Shown here: one piece after another, positions 18,380 to 29,217 of the stretch
Numbering within the stretch: position 1 is the stretch's first letter
Layout of the letters: the number at the start of each line of letters is the position of its first letter
DNA from: an uncultured bacterium
GTDB lineage: Bacteria; Patescibacteriota; Microgenomatia; UBA1400; PJMF01
Assembly: GCA_903842795.1 (NCBI GenBank)
Contig: CAIMNJ010000015.1
Coordinates: forward strand, 1 to 52,179
DNA: 52,179 nucleotides
Reading direction: 5' to 3'
Notes under the pieces: generated by a model
The model's input: only the letters and a program-made list of their open reading frames with translations
Told to the model about the DNA's origin: nothing
Database searches by the model: none
Position numbers and translations under genes: made by a program

Positions 18380-18733
18380 ATGGCACAGAATTTTACTTAC
18401 AACGATCAATCAGTTAGCGTTGGTGACACCGTTCGTGTCCACCAAGAAATTGTCGAAGGCAAAAAAACCAGAGTTCAGGTTTTTGAAGGCATTGTCATTG
18501 CTATCAAAAATCGCGAAGTCAATAAAACCTTTACCGTGCGCAAAATCGCTTCCAATAACGTTGGTGTTGAGAAAATCTTCCCAATGATGATGCCTAGCAT
18601 CAAAAAAATTGAAGTCAAACGCCGTGGCGATGTCCAAAGAAGTAAGCTATATTACTTACGTGACAAAGTCGGTAAAGCTGCCAGTAGAGTTAAAGAAAAA
18701 AGTCTTTTCGCTCAGACAAAAAAAGTTGCCTAA
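18380..18733 (+). CDS. rplS: 50S ribosomal protein L19
   Basis: [36 protein letters not shown]. Confidence 0.97.
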   Translation: MAQNFTYNDQSVSVGDTVRVHQEIVEGKKTRVQVFEGIVIAIKNREVNKTFTVRKIASNNVGVEKIFPMMMPSIKKIEVKRRGDVQRSKLYYLRDKVGKAASRVKEKSLFAQTKKVA

Positions 18734-19085
18734 TTTTTCCAAAGGAATTCAAGCAGAAAAGCTTGCCCTAAACTATCTAGAGAAAAAGGGTTATTTGCTT
18801 TTGGAAAAAAATGTACGCACTGCCAACTCTGAAGTTGACTTAATTGTTATTGACCAAAAATATGACGAAATCGTCTTCGTGGAGGTTAAATACCGCGAAA
18901 GAGTAGATCATGGCGAAGGCAGCCAAGCCGTCGACCAACGCAAGCTTAATAGCATGGTCAAGGTCGCTAATAGCTACCTAAGAAAAAAGCAGTTTAAAAA
19001 AAGCTATAGATTTGATATCATATCCATCACTGGTAATTTGGCGAAGCCTCGCTTCAGTCATTTTCAAAATATCAGTTGGCTTTAA
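18726..19085 (+). CDS. YraN family protein
   Basis: [27 protein letters not shown]; probable TTG start overlapping the rplS stop. Confidence 0.88.
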   Translation: MPNFSKGIQAEKLALNYLEKKGYLLLEKNVRTANSEVDLIVIDQKYDEIVFVEVKYRERVDHGEGSQAVDQRKLNSMVKVANSYLRKKQFKKSYRFDIISITGNLAKPRFSHFQNISWL

Positions 19086-19103
19086 AATTAAAATATTCTA
19101 GAC

Positions 19104-19175
19104 GGCCCCATCGTCTAGTGGTTAGGACATTGGGTTTTCATCCCAACAACTGGGGTCCGATTCCCCATGGGGTCA
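19104..19175 (+). tRNA. tRNA-Glu(TTC)
   Basis: ggccccatcgtctagtggttaggac; ttggg-tt-TTC-at-cccaa anticodon arm. Confidence 0.95.
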
Positions 19176-19182
19176 CAAATAT

Positions 19183-19213
19183 AAAAAGAGACGCTGATTA
19201 GGCGTCTTTTTTT
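19183..19213 (+). terminator. Intrinsic terminator after tRNA-Glu
   Basis: agacgc/gcgtct stem plus T-run. Confidence 0.75.
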
Positions 19214-19240
19214 ATTTTTTACTTGAAAAATTACCTGTAC

Positions 19241-19654
19241 TCAACTATTCACCCCTATGGCAAAAACATGGGGAACAAAAGGAGAATTATCCCAAATGAA
19301 GTCTGCTTCATTGCAAGAATTGCTAATTCCATTTTCTGAATAAAAATCACCTAATCCTCTCAAAAAATTCTTCACAGCACTGCGAAACCAAGAAGCTTCA
19401 CGTAATTCCCTTGCTTCATTAGCACTGAGTGCTTTACCATTTTTGGTCAAACAAAAATCAATATCTTTTATGTACCATTCATTCCCACGCATATAAATTG
19501 CTTTTCCAGCCGCCAAAGAACCAGCTATTCGTATACTATATCCCATACTAGCTAAGTCACTTGAAACTTCACTGATAAAATTAGATGCTTCTGAATAAAG
19601 GGCTTGATTGAGCTCTCTGCTAGATTGACGCCCCTCATATCTATCTTCGTTCAT
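19241..19654 (-). CDS. Minimal Pol-beta-type nucleotidyltransferase-like protein
   Basis: IAGSLAAG...KDIDFCL, plus a third acidic residue in EADFI. Confidence 0.6.
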   Translation of the reverse strand: MNEDRYEGRQSSRELNQALYSEASNFISEVSSDLASMGYSIRIAGSLAAGKAIYMRGNEWYIKDIDFCLTKNGKALSANEARELREASWFRSAVKNFLRGLGDFYSENGISNSCNEADFIWDNSPFVPHVFAIGVNS

Positions 19655-19722
19655 GAATAAAATCATTATATAAATTCGTCAATTAATCAATGACTAACTT
19701 GTGATGCTATAATACTCACTTT

Positions 19723-20115
19723 ATGTCAGAAACAAGTTCTAGACTAATTATCAAAGCAGACCACCAAGTTCTTATGAGTCTTGGGGATACTGGCAGTATT
19801 AAATTCATTGGAGGCAGAATGCGGGCTCATGAAACCCCAAGACAAGCTGCCATCAGAGAAGCTCGCGAAGAAGGCGGAGTTGATTTGAGTCCATCAGATT
19901 TATATGAACTTCCATATCAAGATAATGATCCTAAAAGACATTCTTATTGGTTTGGTGTAGATACTTATAAATTTGCTGCAGAACTACTCAATATTGGCGA
20001 CGATGTATTATCTTTATTTTCGGTTTCACTATCAAATGTTGAAGATCAATTAACTTATGATAATTGGAAAGAGCATTGGCGAGAAAATCTCCTGCCAGCT
20101 CTGCTTGGTCATTAA
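19723..20115 (+). CDS. NUDIX hydrolase
   Basis: Nudix box GGRMRAHETPRQAAIREAREEGG. Confidence 0.9.
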   Translation: MSETSSRLIIKADHQVLMSLGDTGSIKFIGGRMRAHETPRQAAIREAREEGGVDLSPSDLYELPYQDNDPKRHSYWFGVDTYKFAAELLNIGDDVLSLFSVSLSNVEDQLTYDNWKEHWRENLLPALLGH

Positions 20116-20227
20116 CTTTTTTTTCAAAAACTTGTATTTACAAAACTTGGTGATATACTTCCGAATAGTTGGATCTATTAACTTATATATAGACATATTT
20201 AATTGTCTATAAACCAAAGAAAAAAGT

Positions 20228-21751
20228 ATGAAAAAACTCTTCTTAATGTTAGGATCACTTAGCCTTGTACTCCTTGGCTTTTTTATTTTCAAAAATCAAG
20301 ATATTGTGAATGCTGAAACCACCAATGGTTGGGTTGATACCAGTGCTTGCTCACAAACAGAATGTGGTAGTGATGCTGGTACAAAGACACAAAGTAAAAC
20401 CACTCCAGGTTATACAACTCCAATAGTTTGTGAAAAAACTTGCGATGGAGTAACAGAACCTTTCTCTACTAGTAGAACTGTTTATGAAAACGATTATTCT
20501 GAAACCATCTATGGAGAATGGGGAAATTGGAGCGATTGGCATAAGGATAACAAATGTTCCAGTAGTGATGAAAACGCTGGTAAATGCCAAGATGAAAAAG
20601 ATTCTAGTAAAAATCCAGATGTTTATCGTAGAAGATACAGAACAGTCACGGTAAACGATCATGTTTGTCCATCTGGATACACATATCTAGAAGTTTCTGG
20701 GTCAAATGACTGTTACAAAGTAGAGACATTTTCAGCCACCATCACTTATGGTGAAAAATCCAATGATCCAAATCATTGCCATAAAGAAACTCCAGTAACT
20801 CCAAGTATTCCAAGCTGGGCATCTAGTGATTTTGGTAAATTACCAGAATTAAAAGATAAAGTTGATTCAAATATTTGCACTGGTGGAGTATGGGTGCCTG
20901 AAGTTGTGGAAAACAAAACCGTCTCATGCACCATCCCAGAAAATGAGGTTGAAGCTTGTCCAGTTGACGTTTGTCCAAACTTGGAAGGCAACCAAACTGA
21001 AATTCCAGAGGGTTACGAATTAAAAAATTAAGAATGTGTAGAAGAGAAAAAAGTTGAGTGGTGTCACGTCGAACCAAATGGAAATTCTCAAACCTTGAAT
21101 ATTTCAGAAAATGCTTTGAGAAATGCTGGCCACATGGATGCCTCTGGCAACCCATTGCATGCTGGTGACCATGCTGGAGCTTGCCAAGAAGTTACTCCCA
21201 CTCCTACTCCAACTGTAACCCCAACCGTTACTCCAGAGCCAAGTGTCACTCCTAGTGTCACTCCCACTCAAGAGCCAACTCCAAGTGCAACTCCAACCGA
21301 AGCTCCTAGAACTTCAGATGTTGAGCACACTGGCCTTTCAGTCCAGAAACTAGCTTGCAATGAGTATGATTTCAGAGCTGAGATGGAAGTTAAGAGTGGT
21401 GAACACCCACTCCAAGATATCTTAGTTTCCTTTACCTACAGAGGTGAGAAAAAAGATGCCTACACCAACAAAGAGGGTTATGCTAGCGTTTACTTTACCT
21501 TCACTGGTGAGAGTATGGTCAAAGCCACTCCAATCAACGGCTTTGAGAGTAGAGAATCATTGGCCACTCAAGAAACCAACTGTCAAGAATTCGGTGCCAT
21601 GAGCAGTAGAACTGGCGATAGTAGAGTCTTAGGTGCCAACACCTATGCCAAGACCGGTGTCTTTGAAGACATTATGGCCGGCATCATGGGCCTTAGCGGT
21701 GCTACAATGACTGCTGTAGGTGCCACACTCAATGTCAAAAAGAGAAAATAA
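20228..21751 (+). pseudogene. Cys-rich surface protein with LPXTG-like sorting signal, interrupted by one in-frame TAA at 21029-21031
   Basis: ORFs 20228-21031 and 21095-21751 are in frame and the gap is open; signal peptide, PT linker, YAKTG + TM + KKRK. Confidence 0.8.
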
Positions 21752-22325
21752 AAAGCGCAAACAAAATAAACAGCGCAAATCGAAATTAAAACAGAATATC
21801 CCTATGGTCCTCATGACTGTAGGGATATTTTTTATGGCTTTATCTGGATTACATTGGATTCTTAAATTTAGAGCTCTCTCCTTGGACAAAAAACTACTCG
21901 CTCAATATTCTAGTCAAGAAATCTCTAGTCAAATCAATTCTATTCCCATCAAAATTTACCTGCAGTGGCGCTTAGACACAGCAATAACTGAGCAAGTTTT
22001 GGTAGATGGCAATTGGACCATTTCGGAAACAGAAGCCTCACATCTGGCCAATTCTGCCAATCCAGGTGAAGATGGCAACATTATTATTTATGGCCACAAC
22101 AAGCGTTCTATTCTTGGCAATCTTCGTGCTCTTAAGGGGGGGGAAATCATCACTATCACCACTGCTGATGGTGGGGAACATAAGTATCAGGTTAGTAAAA
22201 TTGCTGAAGTCAATCCAGACCAAACTAGCTATCTTGAACCAACCACAGAAGAAACTCTTACTCTTTACACTTGTTCAGGTTTAATGGACGCTAAGCGTTT
22301 TATTGTTCAAGCTAAGCCAATTTAA
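21732..22325 (+). CDS. Sortase
   Basis: N-terminal TM; IIYGHN, LTLYTC and KRFIV catalytic His/Cys/Arg. Confidence 0.92.
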   Translation: MSKRENKKRKQNKQRKSKLKQNIPMVLMTVGIFFMALSGLHWILKFRALSLDKKLLAQYSSQEISSQINSIPIKIYLQWRLDTAITEQVLVDGNWTISETEASHLANSANPGEDGNIIIYGHNKRSILGNLRALKGGEIITITTADGGEHKYQVSKIAEVNPDQTSYLEPTTEETLTLYTCSGLMDAKRFIVQAKPI

Positions 22326-22336
22326 AGTTACTTCTC

Positions 22337-23281
22337 CTAATCAAGACTCTTCGGTCCGCCAGCTGAATTATCTTTTTTGGCTTCATTAAATGCATCTTGC
22401 ACTTCTTGTAATTTTTCAAGCTGCTCCTGACTTGGCTTACCATTTTCATCATCTTCAACTTTTAAATTTCCATTTGGAACAGAATTTTGCAATTCCTCTA
22501 GAATAGCAATGGTTTGATTGACATTTAATTCAGTTTCAGCCAAAGCATTAACAATTTGATTGGTGGCAACATTCAAATTTGGATTGATAACAGTATTATT
22601 AACAGTATTTGTAACAGTGTTGGTGGTAGTCGTAGTTGTAACATTAGTGACATTGGTTACGTTCGTCACGTTGGTCACATTATTAGTATTTGGATTGGCC
22701 GCAGCAGTATTTGAACTACCAGTGTTGCTTGGACGAACTATCTGATTTGTAGTAGTACTTGGCTTGACGTTGTAAATATTGTAAACGTTGTAAGCACTGC
22801 CAACAGATTTGTTGGTAGTACTAGCACCAGAGCTGGTTGGAGCAGTTGTTTTCTGAGCGACCACAGCGATTTGTCCAGACTGAGCTTTCTTTTTTTGCTC
22901 ATTGAGGGTAGCAGACATTTTCTTGAGAGAGGCGAGATATTGCTGATTCACCTCAGTACGAGCGTTATCTTTGTTAATTTTTTGAATGTTGGTGGAAGTA
23001 GCAGCTAGTTGTTTATTCAAGTTCTCCAAACCTTCCACAGCATATTCACTTTCCAAAGTTTGTTCAACTTCACTAAAACGTCTCTCGGCAATCTTGACTT
23101 CAGCAGTAGAAGCAAGTTTATCTGAGGGACTAAGCACTAGAAGCAAAGCTTTTTCCAAAGTAACTTTCCACTGGTAAGTGGCATCCCCAGGAACAGCATT
23201 CCAAGAAGCCAAAGCCATGCCACTTGGAGTAATAAGAAAAAGTAAAAGTGCCCAAATCAAAATATCCATCGATTTTTTCAT
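22337..23281 (-). CDS. DUF5667-like secreted protein with Thr/Asn/Val low-complexity linker
   Basis: AVPGDATYQWKVTLE...AERRFSE; (TNV)n tract. Confidence 0.7.
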   Translation of the reverse strand: MKKSMDILIWALLLFLITPSGMALASWNAVPGDATYQWKVTLEKALLLVLSPSDKLASTAEVKIAERRFSEVEQTLESEYAVEGLENLNKQLAATSTNIQKINKDNARTEVNQQYLASLKKMSATLNEQKKKAQSGQIAVVAQKTTAPTSSGASTTNKSVGSAYNVYNIYNVKPSTTTNQIVRPSNTGSSNTAAANPNTNNVTNVTNVTNVTNVTTTTTTNTVTNTVNNTVINPNLNVATNQIVNALAETELNVNQTIAILEELQNSVPNGNLKVEDDENGKPSQEQLEKLQEVQDAFNEAKKDNSAGGPKSLD

Positions 23282-23317
23282 AATAATGACCCCTTAATTC
23301 ATGGTAGCATATATCTT

Positions 23318-23878
23318 ATGAACTTCAGACAATATAAGCATATCATATTTGACTTTGACGAGACTCTAGCAACTTTATTGATCGATTGGCCTAAGTGGCA
23401 TGAACAAATTATCGCCATTATCAAAAAACATGAGTCTAACTTTGATGAGAGTACTTATCTAAATATGTATTCCATTCATCAATATATTCTCAAGTATGGA
23501 CAAGCTTTTCGTGATGATTTTGTCAGTTTTGAAACAGCTTTTGAACAGAAGTACTATCATGGCTATAAACTAATTAACAAAACTTTTGCTTTGTTGCAAA
23601 AACTCTCTCAAGAGGGCAAGCATATTTATCTACTCACCTCTAATTCTAGAGAAGTTGTCTTGCCAATTTTGCGAGAACTAAAAATTGAACAGCTTTTTAA
23701 CAAGATTGTTACTCTGGGCGATGTGAGCAATATCAAGCCAACAGTTGAGCCGTTCGCTCTAATTTCTGAAGGCTTGCAAGTCAATAAAAAAGAATTTTTA
23801 ATGATTGGCGATAGTCAGAGCGATAGTGGTTTTGCAGCCAATGTCGGCATTGATTATCTAGACATCAAAGATTTCTAG
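23318..23878 (+). CDS. HAD-superfamily hydrolase
   Basis: FDFDETL, LLTSN, KP, IGDSQSD. Confidence 0.92.
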   Translation: MNFRQYKHIIFDFDETLATLLIDWPKWHEQIIAIIKKHESNFDESTYLNMYSIHQYILKYGQAFRDDFVSFETAFEQKYYHGYKLINKTFALLQKLSQEGKHIYLLTSNSREVVLPILRELKIEQLFNKIVTLGDVSNIKPTVEPFALISEGLQVNKKEFLMIGDSQSDSGFAANVGIDYLDIKDF

Positions 23879-23882
23879 ATTC

Positions 23883-24632
23883 TTAGATCATGAGATTGGC
23901 AAAAATTAGATCTGAGCAATCTTCATAAATGCCCACACCCACATGGCTCCAGTCACCTAATTGATTGCCATCGTGAGCGGGATCGCTAGCATACATCCAC
24001 TCGATCAAATGCGTGCCAATCAGCTTCATGTGCGTACTCATATTTTCTCCTAAGCTATAAAACCCCAAGGTTTTATAACCTTCTTGCTTGTCCACATATT
24101 CACTAAAACCAGCGTGCGCATCTGAGCCGTTTTTGCAAATGTAAGTGGCCCGTTCCAGGGCGTATTTAGCCAAACGATCATCCCAAGTCAGATTGGATTT
24201 ACCCTTGGTATAGCGATAAAGATTGAGCGCTTTGAAGGTTTCCTCAGGCGTGGCCATAATTGGATCAAAACCAACTTTCATCTTGTAGCCAGTTTCACTG
24301 ACTTGTACTGATTGTCCCCACTGTGCATTTTTTAGATCCGGATCATTGGCAAAAGGATCAGAAGAAGCAGTTTGGGCCACCAACTTCTTGACTGGTGTTG
24401 GTGTGAGCGTCGGAGTGGTGATAGAAGTGGGAATGGGTGAGAGAGAAGCGGAGCTGGTAGCCATTTGAGATTGACTTGGTTGACGCACAATTAAATTGGC
24501 AAAAGCTTTGATTGCTTTGCGCTCCAAAGTTTGTACGGCCAATTTGTTTTCATTAATAGCACTCAAAAAGAAAGCAAAAGAAGCTAAGAAAATCGTGAAT
24601 AATATCAGCCAAAAAAATCTTTTTTGTAACAT
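23883..24632 (-). CDS. CAP (SCP) domain protein, membrane anchored
   Basis: LNLYR, LTWDDRLAKYA, GENM, WSHVGVG. Confidence 0.85.
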   Translation of the reverse strand: MLQKRFFWLILFTIFLASFAFFLSAINENKLAVQTLERKAIKAFANLIVRQPSQSQMATSSASLSPIPTSITTPTLTPTPVKKLVAQTASSDPFANDPDLKNAQWGQSVQVSETGYKMKVGFDPIMATPEETFKALNLYRYTKGKSNLTWDDRLAKYALERATYICKNGSDAHAGFSEYVDKQEGYKTLGFYSLGENMSTHMKLIGTHLIEWMYASDPAHDGNQLGDWSHVGVGIYEDCSDLIFANLMI

Positions 24633-24659
24633 CTATCAACCATTATATAATGAATCAGA

Positions 24660-25238
24660 ATGTATATAACTAAAAGACAACAAAAGTTGCTTTTTAGCCT
24701 GGTAGTCATACTTGGCTGGATACTTTTTGTACCCAAGGAAATTGGTCAGAACCAACCGAAAGAAATCCAAACTTCCAGCCCAGCAATTGCTAGTCCTGCA
24801 GCCACTTTGACAGTCTCACCTTTTGAAAAAGTCCGTGTTCTTAGAGTGATTGATGGCGACACTGTCGAGATTCAAAACGACAGTGGTTCCAGTAAAAAAC
24901 TACGCTACATTGGCATCAACGCACCAGAAACGGTTGATCCTCGTCGCGATGTTCAATGTTTTGGCAAAGAAGCCAGCGCACGCAATCGCGAATTAGTCAT
25001 CAATCAAGAAATTTATCTGGAAAAAGACATTTCGGAAGTAGATAAGTATGGCCGCCTGCTTCGTTATGTATATCTGCAGGCAGGCGGCCAAAGCATAAAT
25101 GAACAATTGGTTAGAGAAGGCTACGCCTTCGCCTCTGCTTATCCACCAGACATAAAATACCAAGAACAATTCAAAGAAGCGCAAAAACAAGCAGAAAAAG
25201 AAAAACTTGGCTTGTGGCAATCTGGTGCTTGCAATTAG
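24660..25238 (+). CDS. Thermonuclease (SNase) family protein
   Basis: VIDGDT, RYIGINAPE, DKYGRLLRYV, GLW. Confidence 0.93.
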   Translation: MYITKRQQKLLFSLVVILGWILFVPKEIGQNQPKEIQTSSPAIASPAATLTVSPFEKVRVLRVIDGDTVEIQNDSGSSKKLRYIGINAPETVDPRRDVQCFGKEASARNRELVINQEIYLEKDISEVDKYGRLLRYVYLQAGGQSINEQLVREGYAFASAYPPDIKYQEQFKEAQKQAEKEKLGLWQSGACN

Positions 25239-25714
25239 TAATTCTTCGCCAAAACCTCCAAATCTTTCAGGACCTCAGCGGCGTGCACTGCTGGCTTGAC
25301 CTTATCATAAATTTTGGCAATTTTGCCATTTGGATCGATTAAAAATGAGCTTCTGACAATACCAAAAAACTTGCGACCACACATAGTTTTTTCTTGCCAA
25401 ACACCATAATTAGTCAACATTTCTTTACTCTCGTCAGACAAAATAGGAAAAGGTAATTCAAATTTGGCAGCAAACTTATCGTGACTCGCCACGCTATCTG
25501 CACTAACTCCAAGAACACTAACATTAAACTTACCAAAATCTGCCCAACTATCACGCAACTTACAAGCTTCGATGGTGCAACCTGGAGTATTATCTTTGGG
25601 ATAAAAATAGAGCAGTAGCCATTTACCCCGATAATCAGCTAGTTGATGAATTTTGCCAGCCTGATCTGGTAATTTAAAATCTGGAGCAGAAGAAGAAATA
25701 GTTAGTTTATGCAT
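25235..25714 (-). CDS. bcp: Peroxiredoxin BCP
   Basis: YFYPKDNTPGCTIEAC. Confidence 0.93.
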   Translation of the reverse strand: MHKLTISSSAPDFKLPDQAGKIHQLADYRGKWLLLYFYPKDNTPGCTIEACKLRDSWADFGKFNVSVLGVSADSVASHDKFAAKFELPFPILSDESKEMLTNYGVWQEKTMCGRKFFGIVRSSFLIDPNGKIAKIYDKVKPAVHAAEVLKDLEVLAKNY

Positions 25715-25733
25715 AACTAATTTATACTACAAT

Positions 25734-26123
25734 TTAGTGCTCATGAGCATAATCAGGGTCATTTAGCGCATCAGCCTTAGTAGCATGAACTTTGCCATCT
25801 GGATGCTCAGCTGGAGTATAAACAGTATAAAGCTTCATATATTCGATTGCAGAAGTATTGATTACATTGTGAGCACTGCCAGCAGGAATGACGATGGCTA
25901 CACCATCAGCCAGCATAAACTCTTCGCCACCAATAATAGCCTTACCTTCACCAGCCTCAACACGAATAAACTGATCGTGCTCGGCGTGAGTTTCCATACC
26001 AATTTCTTCCATTGGCTGCAAAGACATTAAGACGAGCTGAGAATGTGGAGCGGTGTAGAGCACCTTACGGAAATTATCATTAGCCAGAGTAGCTTGTTCC
26101 AATTGAATACTATAACCAGACAT
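25734..26123 (-). CDS. Cupin domain protein
   Basis: QLVLMSL, EIGMETH, DQFIRVE, HNVINT. Confidence 0.9.
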   Translation of the reverse strand: MSGYSIQLEQATLANDNFRKVLYTAPHSQLVLMSLQPMEEIGMETHAEHDQFIRVEAGEGKAIIGGEEFMLADGVAIVIPAGSAHNVINTSAIEYMKLYTVYTPAEHPDGKVHATKADALNDPDYAHEH

Positions 26124-26205
26124 AATTTACCTTTCTGCTAATTGCTATCTAAAGGTAAGTATAAGCCTTTTTGAAAAAATACACCAACTACGAGTTAAGA
26201 AGCAG

Positions 26206-27705
26206 TTAAACCAAGCTCTCACCAGTCATTTCAGCTGGTTGTTCGATCTCCAGCATCTTGAGGATGGTAGGCGCTACATCAGCCATAATGCCATGATCGC
26301 GTTTTAACTGTGAATAGTTTTTTGAAATCACAATGAAAGGCACTGGATTTAAACTGTGTTGAGTCAAAACCTCACCACTATCACTTAGCATTTCATCACA
26401 ATTGCCATGATCAGCTGTCACAATCAAAGTGTAGTCATTTGCCTTGGCAGCATTAGCAATCATCTCCAAAGCCTGACTCACCGTCTCTGCCGCAATTACT
26501 GCTGCTGGAATATTACCAGTGTGACCAACCATATCACCATTACAAATATTAGACAAAATCACCTCATGCTGACCAAGATTCATTTCTTCAACAATCTTGC
26601 CGGCAATATCTAGGGCTCGCATCTCTGGCTTCAAATCGTGGCTCGCCACCTTATTGGAATCAAACATAAAACGATCTTCCAGTGGCCAGGGCTCCTCGCG
26701 CTTGCAATTCATGAAGAAAGTGAGGTGGGCAAATTTCTCAGTTTCAGTTACTCTAAGTTGGTGAATACCGTGCGCCGAAAGCACCTGTCCCAAAGTCTGA
26801 TCGACTGATTGCGGACCATAAGCTACCAAAACATTTTTGTACTCAGTATTGTATAAAGTCATGGTTACAAAGGTCAAATTAGCGGGACCCTGTTCCAAGA
26901 ATCTCTCCGTCAATTGGCGAGGACGATCATTGCGGAAGTTGGCAAAAATGACCACATCATTTTCAACCACTTTAGCAGCAGCTTCATCCTTTACGTTAAT
27001 CAAACAAGGCACAATAAATTCGTCATTTTTACCATCGCTGTAAGAAGCTTTAATGGCTTCATCGGCATTAGTAAAACTTTGACCAACACGATCTTTGATA
27101 GCGTGAAAAGCCAGGTCAATACGATCCCAATTGTGATCACGATCCATAGCATAATAACGACCAGCAATGGTCGCCAATTGCGCACCGGTCTGCGCACAAA
27201 CAGTAGTCAACTTGGCAAAACTCTCAGCACAACTCGCTGGCATCACGTCACGGCCATCAGTGAAGGCGTGAATCATCACTTTCTGCACACCAAGTTCTGC
27301 GGCAGCACGCAACAAGGCAAAAATATGATCTTCGTGAGAATGCACCCCACCAGGACTCAACAAACCCATGATATGTAGTGTAGAGTTTTGGTCTTTGGCT
27401 TTCTTCATCGCCCCAGCCAAAACCTCATTGCGCGCGAAATCGCCTTCGCGAGCAGCTTTATTAAGTCGCACCAAATCTTGATAGATGACTCTGCCAGAAC
27501 CAATTGCAGCATGATTGATCTCACTGTTACCCATCTGGCCATCTGGCAAACCTACTGCTTCTCCAGATGCCTCAAGCAAAGCGTGAGGCATATCTGCCCA
27601 CAAATGCTTCCAAAAAGGCGCTTTGGCCAGAGAAATGGCATTACCAGCGTAGTCCTTATTAACAGCCCAGCCATCCAAAACGATTAGTGCGACTTTATTT
27701 TGCAT
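26206..27705 (-). CDS. gpmI: 2,3-bisphosphoglycerate-independent phosphoglycerate mutase
   Basis: LDGW, QMGNSE, GRYYAMDRD, DMVGHTG, TADHGN. Confidence 0.97.
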   Translation of the reverse strand: MQNKVALIVLDGWAVNKDYAGNAISLAKAPFWKHLWADMPHALLEASGEAVGLPDGQMGNSEINHAAIGSGRVIYQDLVRLNKAAREGDFARNEVLAGAMKKAKDQNSTLHIMGLLSPGGVHSHEDHIFALLRAAAELGVQKVMIHAFTDGRDVMPASCAESFAKLTTVCAQTGAQLATIAGRYYAMDRDHNWDRIDLAFHAIKDRVGQSFTNADEAIKASYSDGKNDEFIVPCLINVKDEAAAKVVENDVVIFANFRNDRPRQLTERFLEQGPANLTFVTMTLYNTEYKNVLVAYGPQSVDQTLGQVLSAHGIHQLRVTETEKFAHLTFFMNCKREEPWPLEDRFMFDSNKVASHDLKPEMRALDIAGKIVEEMNLGQHEVILSNICNGDMVGHTGNIPAAVIAAETVSQALEMIANAAKANDYTLIVTADHGNCDEMLSDSGEVLTQHSLNPVPFIVISKNYSQLKRDHGIMADVAPTILKMLEIEQPAEMTGESLV

Positions 27706-27727
27706 AAATTTATCTTTTTACAATAAT

Positions 27728-28990
27728 TTATTTTCTTACAATTCTCTCAATTGCCATTAAGCGATTGTACTTGGCGACACGCTCGCCACGAGTTGGACCA
27801 ACTTTGATAAAAGCTGAACCCACAGCCACAGCCACATCGACCATAGTCGCGTCGTTGGTTTCACCACCGCCGCGATGAGAAGTAGTGGTCATCAAGCCAT
27901 TTTTGTTGGCCAACATGCAGCAATCTACAGTTTCGGTCAAAGTACCAATTTGGTTAAGCTTGATCAAAATGGCAGAAATAGCCTTTTCATCGATAGCTTT
28001 TTGTAATCTTTCCACGTTGGTCACGGTCAAATCGTCACCAATCAAAGCAACTTTGTGTTGATCCGTAATCACTTTGAGTTTTGGCCAATTAGCCCAATCA
28101 TCCTCTTGAAGCATGTCTTCCATGGTGGCAATTGGATATTTTTCCATCCAAGTGGCGTAATAGGCGATTAACTCATCGGCAGTCAAAGAGCGTTTCTCGA
28201 CTTTCAAATTGTATTTGCCGTCACTGTAAAATTCACTGGCAGCGGCATCAATAGAGAAACCAATATCTTGACCAGGTACATAACCGGCATTTTTGATGGC
28301 TTCAAGCATGTAGGCGAAAGGAGCCTCATTACTAGCAATACCATTTGGCGCAAAAGCACCTTCGTTACCAACGTTGGTAGAAAGCTTGTTAGCCTTGAGC
28401 ACTTTACCAAGTTGGTGATAGGTTTCCATGATCATGCGAACGTTTTCCACTGTAGAAGAACCCTGTCGAATAGCGGAAAAACAGAACTCTTGCAAATCGG
28501 TGGTTTCATCAGCGTGTTTACCACCCTCAATAGCGACCACCATTGGTTGTGGTAATTTGTTTAAATCCACTCCAGTTTGGAAAGTTTCAATAATGTGTTG
28601 AAAAAGCTCGACTTTCTTACTATTAGCAGCGGCATTGGCTACAGCAATAGAAATAGCCAAGATGGCATTGCCGCCCAGATTGGCTTTGTTTGGAGTGCCA
28701 TCCATAGTAATCATTTTTTCATCAAGACCTCTTTGATCATAGGCATCAAAACCAATCAGAGCTGGAGCAAGTTTGGTTTCAATGTTGGCGATGGCTTTGA
28801 GCATACCTTTACCACCCCAACGACTTTTGTCGTCATCCATCATCACGGTTGCTTCGTGACTGCCGGCTGAAGCGCCGTATGGCACAGAAGCGACGCCCTT
28901 AGCGCCATCTTCCAAAACGGCAGTTACCTCGATGGTTGGATAGCCACCAGAAGCCAAAATTTCTTGAGCTTGCAAAGAAACAATTTTCAT
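27728..28990 (-). CDS. eno: Enolase (probably the catalytic copy)
   Basis: GKHAD, LQEF, GNEGAF, IDAAA, MEDM, GDDL, LIKLNQIG and SHRG retained; adjacent to gpmI. Confidence 0.93.
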   Translation of the reverse strand: MKIVSLQAQEILASGGYPTIEVTAVLEDGAKGVASVPYGASAGSHEATVMMDDDKSRWGGKGMLKAIANIETKLAPALIGFDAYDQRGLDEKMITMDGTPNKANLGGNAILAISIAVANAAANSKKVELFQHIIETFQTGVDLNKLPQPMVVAIEGGKHADETTDLQEFCFSAIRQGSSTVENVRMIMETYHQLGKVLKANKLSTNVGNEGAFAPNGIASNEAPFAYMLEAIKNAGYVPGQDIGFSIDAAASEFYSDGKYNLKVEKRSLTADELIAYYATWMEKYPIATMEDMLQEDDWANWPKLKVITDQHKVALIGDDLTVTNVERLQKAIDEKAISAILIKLNQIGTLTETVDCCMLANKNGLMTTTSHRGGGETNDATMVDVAVAVGSAFIKVGPTRGERVAKYNRLMAIERIVRK

Positions 28991-29043
28991 GAGAAAAACC
29001 TTTCTAATTTTTATTAATTCAGCCGACCCACGTCAGCCAGTTG

Positions 29044-29117
29044 AGGCGCGGGTGGGATTCGAACCCGCGAACGAAGGTTTTGCAGACCTCGCCATTGGAC
29101 CGCTCTGGTACCGCGCC
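29044..29117 (-). tRNA. tRNA-Cys(GCA)
   Basis: gaggt-ct-GCA-aa-acctt anticodon arm; U73. Confidence 0.93.
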
Positions 29118-29217
29118 ATTTCAAAACGAGTTTATTCTAACATGAGTCTAGTAGTTTTTTGTCAAGGAAAAGCCCTCGACAAATGCTAAAATACGCTACT
29201 AGTAATTTGCTAGCAAA

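Noticed and set aside
21029-21031. Stop-codon reassignment
   Set aside because: TAA, TAG and TGA all end genes normally elsewhere in the window; this is a single event.
22600-22700. Tandem 9-bp-period repeats as CRISPR or VNTR
   Set aside because: Degenerate codons for a (TNV)n linker inside a CDS; no spacers or cas genes.
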